NCBI GenBank assembly: GCA_030390025.1
Contig: CM059432.1
Coordinates: 23,562,001-23,626,000 of the forward strand
Length of the DNA stretch: 64,000 nucleotides
Reading direction: 5' to 3'
From: Squalus acanthias
Lineage: Eukaryota
The position numbers and the translations under genes were made by a program. Numbering within the stretch: the stretch's first letter is position 1; each line of letters starts with the position of its first letter. Under the pieces are notes generated by a model. It was not told the origin of the DNA. It searched no databases and saw nothing but the letters and a program-made list of their open reading frames with translations. Shown here one piece after another: positions 25,190 to 36,735 of the stretch.

Positions 25190-26228
25190 TTCTGATGAGG
25201 CCACTAGCATGGTGGATAGGGGAATGTTTATGGCTGTTGTCTATATGGACTTCCAGAAGACATTCGATAAGGTTTTGCACAAGAGATTATTAGCAAAAAT
25301 CCAGACGTAATCTTGTGACGTGGGTTGGTAATTGGTTGGCAGGTAGGAGACAGAGTGCAGGGATAAAGGGCATGATTAGCAGGATGTGACAAGTGATGTT
25401 CACCAGGGACCTGTGCTGGGTCTCAGCTTTTCACCATATCTATTAATGACTTGGATGCAGTAATAGAGTTGTATGTCCAAGTTTGCAGAGGACATTAGGT
25501 TAGGAGGCAAAGTAAGTTGTGTAGATGGGAATGATAGTTACAAAAGGACATAGACAGATTAAGTGTGTTTGGCAAAACTATGGCAGGTGGAGTTCAATGT
25601 GGGGAGCTGTGAGGTCATCCACTTTGGATCCAATAAAGATATTTGTAATATTTTCTTAATGGTGAGAGACTAGAAGCTATGGAGGAACAAAGAGATTTGG
25701 GTGTCCATGTACACAGATCGTTAAAAGCTATTACACAGGTAGAAAAAGTACTCAAAAAGATTAATTGAATGCAGACCTTTATCTCAAGGGGGCTGGAATA
25801 CAAAAGTGAGGAAGTGATGATTCAGTTGTACAAAGTCTTGGTCAGACCCCATCTCATGTACTGCACTCAATTTTGGCCACGAAACCTCAGAAAAGGTATA
25901 TTGACCTTGGAGGTTCCTTGGAGGAGGTACAGTGTAGATTCACCAGAATTATAAGAGGGCTTAAAGGGTTACATTTTGATCAGTTGCATATACTTGACTT
26001 GTATTCCCTTGAGTTCAGATGGTTGAGGGGTGATATAATTGAGGTGTTTAAAATGATGGAGGGAGTCGACAGGGCAGATACAGAGAAACTATTTCCTCCA
26101 GTGGGAGAATCCAGAATAAGGGAGCATAATCTTACAAGTAGAGCTTCACACAAAGGGTAGTGGACATCTGGAATGATCTCCCTCAAAAGGCCGTGGATGT
26201 TGGATCAATTGAAATTTGCAAGACTGAA
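25190..26228 (+). mobile_element. Degenerate CR1 RT fragment
   Basis: YMDFQKTFDKV, FISRGLEYKS..LYKVLVRPHL, YSLEFRWLRGDIIEVFK. Confidence 0.85.
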
Positions 26229-26229
26229 T

Positions 26230-26346
26230 ACTCTCCCCGCTTAGTCCAAAGGTTATGGTTCAAGCCCCACTGCAGGACTTCAGTACATCGTCTAGGCTGA
26301 CACTTCCGTGCAGTACTGAGAGAGTGATACATTGTTGGAGGTGCTG
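26230..26346 (+). mobile_element. DeuSINE-type SINE 5' portion
   Basis: ggttcaagcccc B box and ggctgacacttccgtgcagtactgag, as in 4924-5540. Confidence 0.6.
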
Positions 26347-27839
26347 TAGGGTTCCCAACTCTCCCGCGCGGACTCTCCCGAAACCGGCAGTTTGTCTCCC
26401 GAGCACTGCCGCTGGCAACTCCGGAGAAAAGTTTGTTCGGAGATGAACTACCTCGTTATTTCATTTAGACGGAGAGATTCAAAGATTGCAGGGCTGACGT
26501 TTTTAAACGGTGTAGCAGCCAATTAGCTGTTCGCGCCCACCCCCCACCAACCGCTGCTCCGGAGTTCTGGAAGTTTGATTTGGGAGAGCTGTTGCCTGGG
26601 AATGCTGGGACCAGTTACAGCTTGTAGTTGAGCTGCTGTGGATCGGAAGAGGACAATTCAAGTTTGTGTCCAAACACAAGCAATTGTTTGAAATGAATCA
26701 CTGCCTTACTCAACATTTAATTAGTTTCGCTCAGGTGCACCTTGCCTTATAAAACCATGGAGCAGTTTATTCTTGGAGTTTCACTTGCCAGGGTTTCAAG
26801 TTGAACTTGCACGATACTGGTACAAAGCTGAAAGCAGCTGCATCATTTTTTTGCCAACGAAAAGCGATGCGTTTAATTGGATTACATTTGTTTCGAGAAC
26901 TGGGGGCCTCGGGAGTTGGAAATCGGGGGCGGGGGCGGGGTGGGGGGGGGGTCCCTGGGAGTGTGGGTGGTGGGGAGCTCAGCATTCAGGCTTCGGGGAG
27001 AGAGGTAGACTGGGGGTTGCGGAATGGATCGTCTGGGAGAGCGGGAGACTGGAAAATGGGAGCTCGGGAGAGAAGTTCGGGGAAGAGAATGGGATTGGGA
27101 GTAGGGGTGGAGAGAGGGAGACTGGGTGCTGGGGGATTGGGGCTTGAGCGGGGTGGGGGGTGCAGAGAGGGAGACTGGCAAATGGGTTGGACGTGGAATG
27201 AATATTTTTTGCAGAGTCGAGAGCAGCAGCAACGTGTTGAGTGGGAGCAGCACCTTGAGAGGAGCAGCCAATAAAAGGGTGAGAAAGAAGAGTGCAACCT
27301 GCTGACTGGCCAGACTTTGTGCAGTGCAGGGGGGGTTCTGGCTGTAGTTTCAGGGTGAGCATCAGTGGGCTATAGGATTACTACTAGTTACAGGTAGGAT
27401 ATTGGGGTGTTACCCCTATTACTATCAGTTGCATGTTGACTAACATGTGAATTATTGTATTACTGTTGGTTGTGAGGGAAATCTTAAGTTTTTTGAGTAT
27501 TACTATTCGTTATAGGTGCACTTTCAGTGAGTTACAATTAGTTATTGGTGGAATCAAGTTTCCTCCCACCTCTGGTTCCCCCCTGTGAATCCCTCTCCCG
27601 TCCTCGGTTTCCCTCCTTCACCTGCTCGCGGGTGGTCTCTTGGTTCTCAGAACCTCTTGCGCAAAACCAAGAGTAAAGATACTCAACTACAGGGGACCCA
27701 ACCTCTATAAGGTAAATGCAGTGACATTTGCAGATGGCACAGGATCAGATGCACGCGATCAGATGTCAGATGTCATGTGGGCAGGATGCCACGTGATCAA
27801 ACCTTACAGGAATGCCTCCAACCAGAGTTGGCAATCCTA
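26347..27839. mobile_element. Non-autonomous hAT-type DNA transposon (1.49 kb)
   Basis: TIRs TAGGGTTCCCAACTCT / AGAGTTGGCAATCCTA; exact 8-bp TSD AGGTGCTG (26339-26346, 27840-27847). Confidence 0.88.
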
Positions 27840-29137
27840 AGGTGCTGGCCCAGAATTTGGGTAAGGCCCATTTTCGGGCGAAGAAGCTGGACTCCTGAGG
27901 CTCACTTGAGATTGGGACTCCTGCCTCATTTTAGTAACTGAGGTGAGCTGCCAGTGCCTGTTGCGCCTCCAGAGGGAGCTTGCCGCTTTGCTCTGCTCTA
28001 ATCTGGTCCAGCTACCTTGCTCACAGTGGCCCTCGGGTAGATCCTAGGATGGGGAGTAAATTAAAAAAAAAATGTATATTTTGGTGATGGCCTCCAACGA
28101 TCATCCGAAAGAGTGTGTTTACATTCGAAGGGATCCTTTCAGAGTTGCATCCATTTGTGACAGTCTGTGTCACAGAACGTTTTATCGTGTTTTGTTTAAT
28201 ATTAATTATGTAGCCATTCGCAATTCATAGTAGGCAATTAGAAGCTACTTCAAAGACTCCTTGGTATGATAAAATTGTGTATCGAGTTTCTTTATATATG
28301 ATCAGAAATGAATTCAGTTATTGATGCAGAATCTGGTGTGCAACTTGTGTTTTCGTGTTCTGTCAAAAAAAAAAGAAGGGGTATGTCTGATGCATCAATG
28401 CAAGTGTTTACAATTGTTGCATCAGTATAGTTTATATACTGTGTGTTAAGGTAATTTAATGAAGTGCACCAGTGCCTGAATTGGTAAATGCACCGTCCTA
28501 TGACATATTAAGCCAGCAGGGTGATAGTTGTGATCACAGTTGGTGCTGAATTAGCCGATCCAAGCCCAAGGTAGAAATAGGGGTTTTATATATTGGCTTT
28601 AATACCCCTGGGCAAGCAAAGGGCGATATTTGATGAAAGTGCTTGTGTGTGAACATTGAGTGAAGGCTTCATAAGGCTACACCACAAAGCTTCCTATTGT
28701 GGAATATCTTGCTGACCCTCTCCATCTAGGCTCACACATGAAGAATGGCTACTTCTTTGAGGTACAGAAAGGTTGCTGGTTCCCATGGTTGCTGGTACCG
28801 TAGCATGAGTTGTTGCTTTGAGAGGAGAAAAGGGATCGGGGTACTTAACTAAAACGGAAGTATTGGAGATTGGCTTTACATAAACAGTGATCAAGTTTCT
28901 TAGCAATACATGCAACAGGAGGCTGGATGGCTTAAGTAAGAGAGCATAATGTGTTTTGAGGAAAGAATTGTAAAACAACAGATACCATTACAGTGATGAA
29001 ATGGAGTGGGGTGATATAAGGATTATCTTCATTGTTTTTTAATTGCAGCATTTTCTAACGTCACTGAAGCATTTTCTTGCTGTGATGTAATTTGCTCTTT
29101 GGTTTCTTTGCTTCCAGGTGATGCACTGGGATAGATC

Positions 29138-29214
29138 ATGTCTGAAGTACAAGGAACTGTTGAGTTTTCAGTCGAGCTGCACAAATTTTACAATGTGGAC
29201 CTCTTTCAGCGAGG
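29138..29214 (+). CDS. FAM135B: FAM135B first coding exon (exon begins 29118 with 20 nt of 5'UTR)
   Basis: Translates MSEVQGTVEFSVELHKFYNVDLFQR(G), the FAM135 N-terminus; GTVEFSVELHK fits FAM135B rather than FAM135A. Acceptor tttctttgcttccag ends 29117; donor GG|gtgaga at 29215; 77 coding nt, phase 2. Confidence 0.93.
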
Positions 29215-29628
29215 GTGAGACTCATTTTAATGCTGCATTTCCTTGTTTATGATTGTTTTGTGTTGTATACCATTAGCAAGACACATCAAACTACCTGGAT
29301 GCTGAATATACTGTTAGCATATAATGTTAATACACATTGTGGGGTTCACTGGTGCTGGCCGTTCCCATAAGCAGTCTTGCGTTCAGCATTGTATCCTTAC
29401 TGCTTATTATCTTATAATGCAGTGACATAACCCACAGGTGTAACGGTCGTATCCCTTGCGATCTGAGCATTGTGTATTTCAAACGTGCTCTTACAGGCAC
29501 CTCCAGTTTTTCAGTGGAGAGACTGAAAACACTTTCGTGAAACAAGGTCAGCTACGAATCGTTAAACTGCTTTATTTTATAGGCAATCAGTGAATATGCA
29601 AGTTATAATTAAATCTCACCTTGACTAA

Positions 29629-29854
29629 TAAAAAAACAAAATACTGCGGATGCTGGAAATCTGAAATCAAAAACAGAAAATGCTGGAAATACTCAGCAGG
29701 TCAGACAGCATCTGTAGAGAGAGAAACAGAGTTAACGTTTCAGGGTGATGACCTTTCGTCAGACGAAGGGTCATCGACCTGAAATGTTAACTCTGTTTCT
29801 CTCTCTACAGATGCTGTCTGACCTGCTGAGTATTTCCAGCATTTTCTGTTTTTT
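29629..29854 (-). mobile_element. Second-family Penelope-like fold-back insertion with hammerhead cores at the axis
   Basis: 16-bp TSD ATCTCACCTT(G/A)ACTAA (29613-29628, 29855-29870); ~92-bp inverted arms centred on 29761; one-sided tail 29629-29668. Confidence 0.85.
29731..29762 (-). ncRNA. Hammerhead core (5' strand of stem I lost at the inversion)
   Basis: Minus: CUGACGA-A-AGGUC(AUC)ACCCU-GAA-ACGU-U-AAC. The plus arm 29762-29791 has GACGA-A-GGGUC(AUC)GACCU-GAAA. Confidence 0.65.
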
Positions 29855-30799
29855 ATCTCACCTTAACTAACTTTAGAACACACAGAAAATAATAAATATA
29901 CATCACACTATCCCTATAAGCTGGCTCGCATAACTTTTCCTGGTCAGTCTTTTGGTTTTGACCAGCTCTGGGCTTTAGGTGAGTGAGCTTTTCCTCACTA
30001 GCCCAGGCTGCCTTCCCTGATTGACTGACCATCACATAGATCCTTTTGTCCTTTTTCTCCCTGTGTTTTTAAGAAGTGGCAAGTATGTCTCTTTACCGTC
30101 TTTCCCGCATAGTGACTCAATAAAACCAGCAATATCTTCCCCCCCCCCCCCCCTCTCTATTTTGAAGTGTTGGCTTCAAAAAAACATCATCTGCTATTTA
30201 CAAAATGAATAAGAGCCATTCTGGCTTGATGAGTCATTGGTGTCAGTATTAACTGCCCCCAACTGGCGCAAACGGGGCGGGGCACAGTTAAAATGAGTTT
30301 GGTCACTTAACCCCTTTGATCCCTCCACTTTCCCACTGTGTCCCGATCTTAACCTGCTCCTTTGAGCAGGTGAGCGAGACACCCACAGGAAGGCAGTGGG
30401 GTCCTTCTTTAAATATGCAGATCGGGTCTGACAATGGCATCATCGGGACCTGATCTGTAATTTTAGTCCAAAGACCTGAGAGGGGGAGCAGTGATGGCTT
30501 CCCAGTCAGACTCTTCCTGCCAGGAGCTTGATCCTGGGCCAGAAGAGGCCCATCAGGTAAGTATAAACATTTTTATTTTAGATTTCCTTATGTGCCAGGA
30601 GGAACAGCAATATGCCCAGAAACCAATTTTGCCAATATTGAAACCAAACTGGTAAAAGTACACCGGTACTGATTGAACTGTTGGCATTAGCAGCTGGTAT
30701 CAAGATCACCAAGGACACTGATGGTTCCAGTTCTGCCAATGTTACTAATTTATTTATTTACGACGTATGCCGGGAACAAAACCATCTTTTAAACATGCA

Positions 30800-31012
30800 A
30801 GTCATAGAGTCATACGGCACAGAAGGAGGCCATTCGGCCCATCGAGTCCGTGCCGGCTCTCCGTAGAGCAATCCAGTCAGTCCCATTCCCCCGCTCTATC
30901 CCCGCAGCCCTGCAAGTTTATTTCCCTCAAGTGCCTATCCAGTCTCCCCTTGAAAACATTGAGTGTCTCCGCTTCCACCACTTCCGTCGGCAGTGAGTTC
31001 CAGGTCCTCACC
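30800..31012 (-). mobile_element. CR1 3' end
   Basis: Tail gtcatagagtcatac plus CR1 3'UTR. Confidence 0.85.
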
Positions 31013-31109
31013 AGTGTGGCGAATAGACATCCATTGTTAGCATCAGGAGCTTTCAAGTCTGTTCCAGCACAGTGATGTGCAGAGCAGAACTTCCTCTATT
31101 CTGCCCATT

Positions 31110-31883
31110 GGGCCAGAAATTCGGCTCCCTGGCTTCCCGCGGGTGCAAGGATCGCGCGCGCACCTACCTACCGCGCCTGCCGTTGACCTCTGGGCCCACG
31201 GGGACTTCAGCTCCTGGGCCTCCTGCAGCTGCCGGTGTGCAGTGCTTGTGTATCCCAGGGGCGTAGTTAGTGCGATGCGTCCCCTGGGATCACGTGGGCC
31301 ATGGAGAGCCAATGGCAGCAGACCATCTTTCATTCATAGATTTGACAGGAAGACCTGTCAAATCTATGAATACAGATCGGCCCCAAAACATCCCTAAAAC
31401 TACAAATAATTTTTTTTTTTAAATCACATTTTTAAAATAACTATAAATTACATTAATTAACTATTTTAAACAAAAATTTAAATTTTTGAAAAAATTAATT
31501 ACACTTTTTTTAATGGGGTTAAAACTAAACTTACCTTTCTTTAAAGTAACTAAAAAAGATAAATCTGTGGAAAAAAATGTTTAAATTTTAATAAAATCAA
31601 CACTTACCTTGTTAAAAGAAGGCCTTGCGCCTCCTTTTTTCAATGTGTATCTTCTCCGTGCTTACCCTCACGGAGGAACCTGTAAAAAAAAAAAACCCGA
31701 AGTGCGAGGCGAACGCGCTGGCCCTCCGGCGTGCGTGTTCGACCTCTGAACCCCTTCCTTCAGGGGAACGGAAGTGCCGGTTTCCCGCGCATGCGCAATG
31801 CGTGCAAGAAACCGGCACTTTCGTTCCGTCCACGGGTGAGTACATAGTGCGTACTCACCCGTGGCGAGCCTAATTTCTGCCCC
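31110..31883. mobile_element. Harbinger-type MITE (family B, copy 1)
   Basis: TIRs GGGCCAGAAATT / AATTTCTGCCCC, flanks ATT/AAT; colinear with 60370-61132. Confidence 0.85.
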
Positions 31884-32847
31884 AATGTGCCTCAGCCTCA
31901 ACTGCAGGAGAGCGCCACCTACTGCACCAGCGTGACATTTTTCTAATTCTGACCTGAGTCACCCTGAAGTCTCTTGAGTCAAATTATGGGTCTTGTGCTT
32001 TGGGAACTGAATTGAGTTTTCCCACTCTCCTTTTGCATGGAGACCTTACAGCCAGCAGAGCGAGGAGATTTTCATTATGTGCACTATATGCACAGGCTGC
32101 ATTTGAGCCTAGATCCCTGAGCTAAAAGGACAGTGTCCAACATACTGCATCATGAAGACTATTTTACTCCGTTGTTGCTGATAAATGGACCTTTTGTTAT
32201 TTATTTGCAGGTTACTGGTATCTGTTGTTTTTGTTTTAAAAATAACAAATCATGAAACACAGCTAGAGCCCTATGAGAAGGAGAATTTACTCTTGGCAGG
32301 AGCTCTAGCCCATTGTATCAGGAGAAATGTAATGGTGCACAATATGTCAAAAGTTGTACTAGGTTTGGGGCATCCATCCAAAAAACCCCAGAGTATGCTC
32401 TGAAATCGTAACTGTAATGGTTGTGGTTTCTTCCTTGTTCATTTGGTTACCATCAGTCAAACTGTTCTCGACAGCAAAAACGAGTTTCAGCTGTAGTATA
32501 AAAACGGCTGATGTAAGCGTAACCCACAAAGTGGTAAGTTGTACAAGTAAAAAATTAATTCCGGTGGCCTGTGTTATCACCCTTCGCATTTTAATGACTG
32601 AATCTCATCAGCTCTTTTCAATCGTTAAATGTAGTATTCTTGACTGATTGTCAGCTATCCCATGACATTTCTGGTCTTCTTGCAGCTAAGGAATCATTAC
32701 GGTTCACACATTGTTAAATTGTCCCTACCTGATGCTAAACATTACAGGCCCCCTACAATGTTGAGTGAGTTTATACAGCAAGTAGCTATGTCATATATAC
32801 AGTAAAGGGTCCCAGGTTTGAAGTAGCTGATCTCACTCAGAATCATA

Positions 32848-33716
32848 GGGGGAAAAATTCAGTATCGCCCCGTTTGGGGCGCAATTATCGGCGCTGTGCA
32901 AAGTTTAGCGCCTGGCGCTAATTATCGCCTTCGACTGCAAACTTGGCTTTTATCGCCCCTGGAGGTGATTGGAGCGCTAAGTCAGGCGCTACACACCTGT
33001 CTTAAGGCGCAAAGGTCGAGGAGCGAGGCGCTACCTCAGAGCGCTGGCGAAGCTCATGTGATGTCAGTTAGCAATGGAACACAGACACAATGGCGCCGGC
33101 CAGTTCTTAAAGGGGAGGGTTGATCTTGCTCTCCATCCACATCCTGCTCATTGCAGCCTTGAATCTCGGCCTGGAGAGACCTGTACGTCAAATCTGCTGG
33201 AAAGAACAATGGAGAGAACCAGGGAAAGAGCTCAGAGTGCAGCCCCCACAGTCTCTTCTAAATAGATGCAAGGAAGGGCAAATCAAAATGAACCTGCAAA
33301 GTGCTGCTCAGTACCCAAAACTCCTTCACACAGCGTTGAATCTCTCCAGAAGTCTCTCTCTCTCTCTCAGAATGCATGGTGCAAAACTGTCACCAACAAA
33401 AAAAGGCAGGAAGCGTTCGCCTTTAAATAGCGCTCCCCCAGTCCCTTCCTGACTGCAAAACCTGTCGTTGCTAGCGGCAGGCAGTAAGGCAGGAGGCGCC
33501 ACTCAATATCCGCTCCAGGGCGTTGCGCACTCGACTGACGTCACGATCTGCCGGCGCAGGAGATCGTGGCGGTAGTGTTTAGCGCCGCCGCAAAATGTCT
33601 GGTCAATTTCGCGAGAGGCGCAGATATCGCCGCGCCCGGGCGCTAGTTGCTTTGCGCCCCATTAACGCCCTCTTAAGGCGCTAACGGGAGGCACAAACCA
33701 ACTGAATTTTCCCCCC
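32848..33716. mobile_element. Harbinger MITE (family C, copy 1)
   Basis: 16-bp TIRs GGGGGAAAAATTCAGT / ACTGAATTTTCCCCCC, TSD ATA; right part is the reverse complement of the Harbinger left end at 38277+. Confidence 0.9.
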
Positions 33717-34055
33717 ATAGAATCATAGAATGGTTAAAGCATGGAAGAAGGCCATTCGGCCCGTCGAGCCCGTGCCGACTCTCAGCTAGTCCCACTCCCC
33801 TGACCTTTCCTCGTAGCCCTGAAATTTTTTTCCTTCAGATACTTATCCAACTACCACCCTTTCAGGCAGTGCATTCCAGATCTTAACCACTCGCTGCGTA
33901 AAAAAGTTTTTCTTACGTCGCCTTGGGTTCTTTTGCCAATCACCTTAAATCTGTGTCCTCTGGTTCTCGACCCTTCTGCCAATGGGAACAGTTTCTCTCT
34001 ATCTACTCTGTCCAGACTCCTCATGATTTTGAACACCTCTATCAAATCTCCTCTT
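33717..34055 (-). mobile_element. CR1 3' end (tail split by the MITE)
   Basis: LRGDLIEVFKIMR..SRTRGHRFKV; (atagaatc)n tail. Confidence 0.88.
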
Positions 34056-34220
34056 AGTGGCGGAGGGGTGCTACAATAGATCTCAATGCTTTGAGTTAGG
34101 AAAGAGAAAACTGGCCTGGTCCTGGGCGGCCAGTGACAGTTCCAAAGTGGATTCACTGTGGCTGTGTGGGACATTAAAGATGTCGGCCCACTGGCACCAA
34201 TATAGATAAACATTTGCCTA

Positions 34221-34381
34221 CTACAAAAGCAAAATACTGCGGATGCTGGAAATCTGAAATTAAAACAGAAAATGCTGGAAATACTCAGCAGGTCAGGCAG
34301 CATCTGTGGAGAGAGAAACAGAGTTAACGTTTCAGGTCGATCTGAAACATTAACTCTGTTTCTCTCTCCACAGATGCTGCC
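34221..34381 (-). mobile_element. Second-family Penelope-like fold-back insertion (short)
   Basis: Same sequence and tail as 29629-29854; 14-bp TSD TAAAC(A/T)TTTGCCTA (34207-34220, 34382-34395); inversion point lies inside hammerhead stem II. Confidence 0.82.
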
Positions 34382-35385
34382 TAAACTTTTGCCTATATCT
34401 TTCTCATGCCTTCTTACTGCCTCACTTAGCTTTTTTCACATTCTTCTGTTCTTGAAATGTATTTTCATTGCCTCACTTAGATGATCTTCATATATCACTG
34501 AGCGGTTTTTACCTCTATCCAGCTTTTCAAAATAATCTGTTTGCTGGGCATTCAAGCCATTATCTCCTCTCTGTGACAGCATTAATGCATTCTAATTTGT
34601 GACTCCAACCTGTTGTTCTCTTTTCTCCTCTACCCTTTTGTTGTGTCGAGTCCCATTTAGGAGCTTGCTTATTTTTTGAGCTACGTATTTCCAGCATTCT
34701 CTGTTGGTAATTTTAGATTTCAAGTGTTTGCTGTTTTTCTTTTTTGTTGTTCCCAGTCCTGATGGCCAACAACCACTCCTGGAAGTGCACATGGGCTTCT
34801 GTTGCCTGCCTCAGAGTTCAGAACCCCTATGCTTTCTTGAGGTTTTGCATTGTGCTTAAGGTTTGTTGTTTAGTTAGGATAGAAGTTTTACTTGTATCTA
34901 ATCCATGGGCGGTGGGCGGTTTAGGCAATGGTGGAAAATATTTCATTCTCAGAACTGATTCCCTCATAGAATCACACAGCACAGAAGGAGGCCATTCGTG
35001 CCTGTGCCTGCTCTTTGGTAGAGCTATCCAATTAATCCCACTCCCCTGCTCCTTCCCCGTAGCCCTGTAAGTTGTTTCCCTTCAAGTATTTATCCAATTC
35101 TCTTTTGAATTTTACTATTGGATCTGCTTCCACCACCCTTTCAGGCAGTGCATTCCTCATCTTAACAAGGACAAAAATTCATCTCCAGCACCCCGAAAAA
35201 GTTTCCAAAGCAATCCCGCAACTTTGTCAAAGGTAACGTTACAGGGAAATGCTGGAGAATTTGAAATGATAAATTGCAGCTGCCAGGAAAGATAAGGGTG
35301 TAGTTTGTGAGCCACATCTAATGTTAGGAATGTACGCCTGAATACACAGAACTGTACCTGTTTGCCTTTCTGTTATAGAGTCATA

Positions 35386-36277
35386 GGGGGAAAAATTAGG
35401 TCGCGCCCCATTTGGGGCGCAAATATCGTCTGGACGCAAATATTAGCGCCTGGCGCTAATTATCGCCACTGACTGGAAACTTCACTTTTACCGCCCCGGG
35501 AGGTGAGTGGAGCGCTAAATCAGGCGCTGCACACCTGTCTTAAGGCGCAAAGGCCAAGGAGTGAGGCGCTAACTCAGAGCGCTGGCGAAGCTCATGTAAT
35601 GTCAGTCAGCAATGGAACACACACACAATGGCACGGGCCAGTTCTTAAAGGGGATGGTTAATCTTGCTTTCCATCCACATCCTGTTCATTGCAGCCTTGA
35701 ATCTCGGCCTGGAGAGACTTGCACATCAAATGTGCTGGAAAGAACAATGGAGAGTACCAGGCAAAGAGCTCAGAGTGCAGCTCCCACAGTCTCTGCTAAA
35801 TCGATACAAGGAATGGCAAATCAAAATGAACCTGCAAAGTGCTGCTCAGTACCCAAAACTCCTTCACACAATGTTGAATCTCTCCAGAAGTCTCTCCCTC
35901 TCTCTCTCAGAATGCGTAGTTCAAAATGGCACCAACAATAAAAGGCAGGAAGCGGTCACCTTTAAATAGCGCTCCCCCTTTCCCTTCATGACTGCAGAAC
36001 GCTCCCCTCAACCTGTCGTTGCTAGCGTCAGGCGGTAAGGCAGGGGGCGCCACTCAATTTCCGCTCCGGGGTGCCACAAGGGCGTTGCACCATGGAATGA
36101 CGTCACAATCTGCGCGCGCAGGTGGTCGCAGCGGTAAAGTTTAGCGCCGCCACACAATGTCTAGTTAAGTTCCCGAGCGGCGCAAACATCGCTGCGCCCG
36201 GGCGTTAGCGGCTTTGCGCCCCATTAGCGCCCTCTTAAGGCGCTAACGGGAGGCGCAACCAACTGAATTTTTACCCC
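35386..36277. mobile_element. Harbinger MITE (family C, copy 2)
   Basis: TIRs GGGGGAAAAATTAGGT / ACTGAATTTTTACCCC, TSD ATA; colinear with 32848-33716. Confidence 0.9.
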
Positions 36278-36735
36278 ATAGAGTTATACAGCACAGAAAG
36301 AGGTCCATCGTGTCCGCACCGGCCATCAAGCCCTGTCTATTCTAATCCCATTTTCCAGCACTTGGTCCGTAGCCTTGTATGCTATGGCGTTTCAAGTGCT
36401 CATCTAAATGCTTCTTGAATGTTGTGAGGGTTCCTGCCTCTACCACCCTTTCAGGCAGTGAGTTCCAGATTCCAAACACCCTCTGGGTGAAAAAGGTTTT
36501 CCTTAAATCCCCTCTAAACCTCCCGCCCCTTACCTTGAAACTATGCCCCTGGTTATTGACCCCTCTACTAAGGGGAAAAGTTCCTTTCTATCTACCCTAT
36601 CTATGCCCCTCATAATTTTGTACACCTCAATCAGGTCCCCACTCAGCCTCCTCTGCTCTAAGGAAAACAACCCCAGCCTGTCCAGTCTCTCTTCATAGCT
36701 GAAGCGCTCCAGCCCAGGTAACATCCTGGTGAATA
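36278..36735 (-). mobile_element. CR1 3' end, same subfamily as 11659-15335
   Basis: Near-identical to 11668-12133. Confidence 0.92.

Noticed and set aside
23926..26228. Twin-primed inverted CR1
   Set aside because: The two head-to-head pieces cover overlapping RT regions and differ in age and subfamily.
26767..27362. Overlapping Gly/Pro-rich ORFs
   Set aside because: Low-complexity G-rich interior of the hAT element; no transposase motifs.
31072..31901. Protein-coding ORFs repeated at 60292-61272
   Set aside because: Incidental ORFs in two copies of a non-coding MITE.
32185..32403. Extra FAM135B exon after ttatttgcag (32210)
   Set aside because: No FAM135 similarity, and the two identified exons already join in frame.
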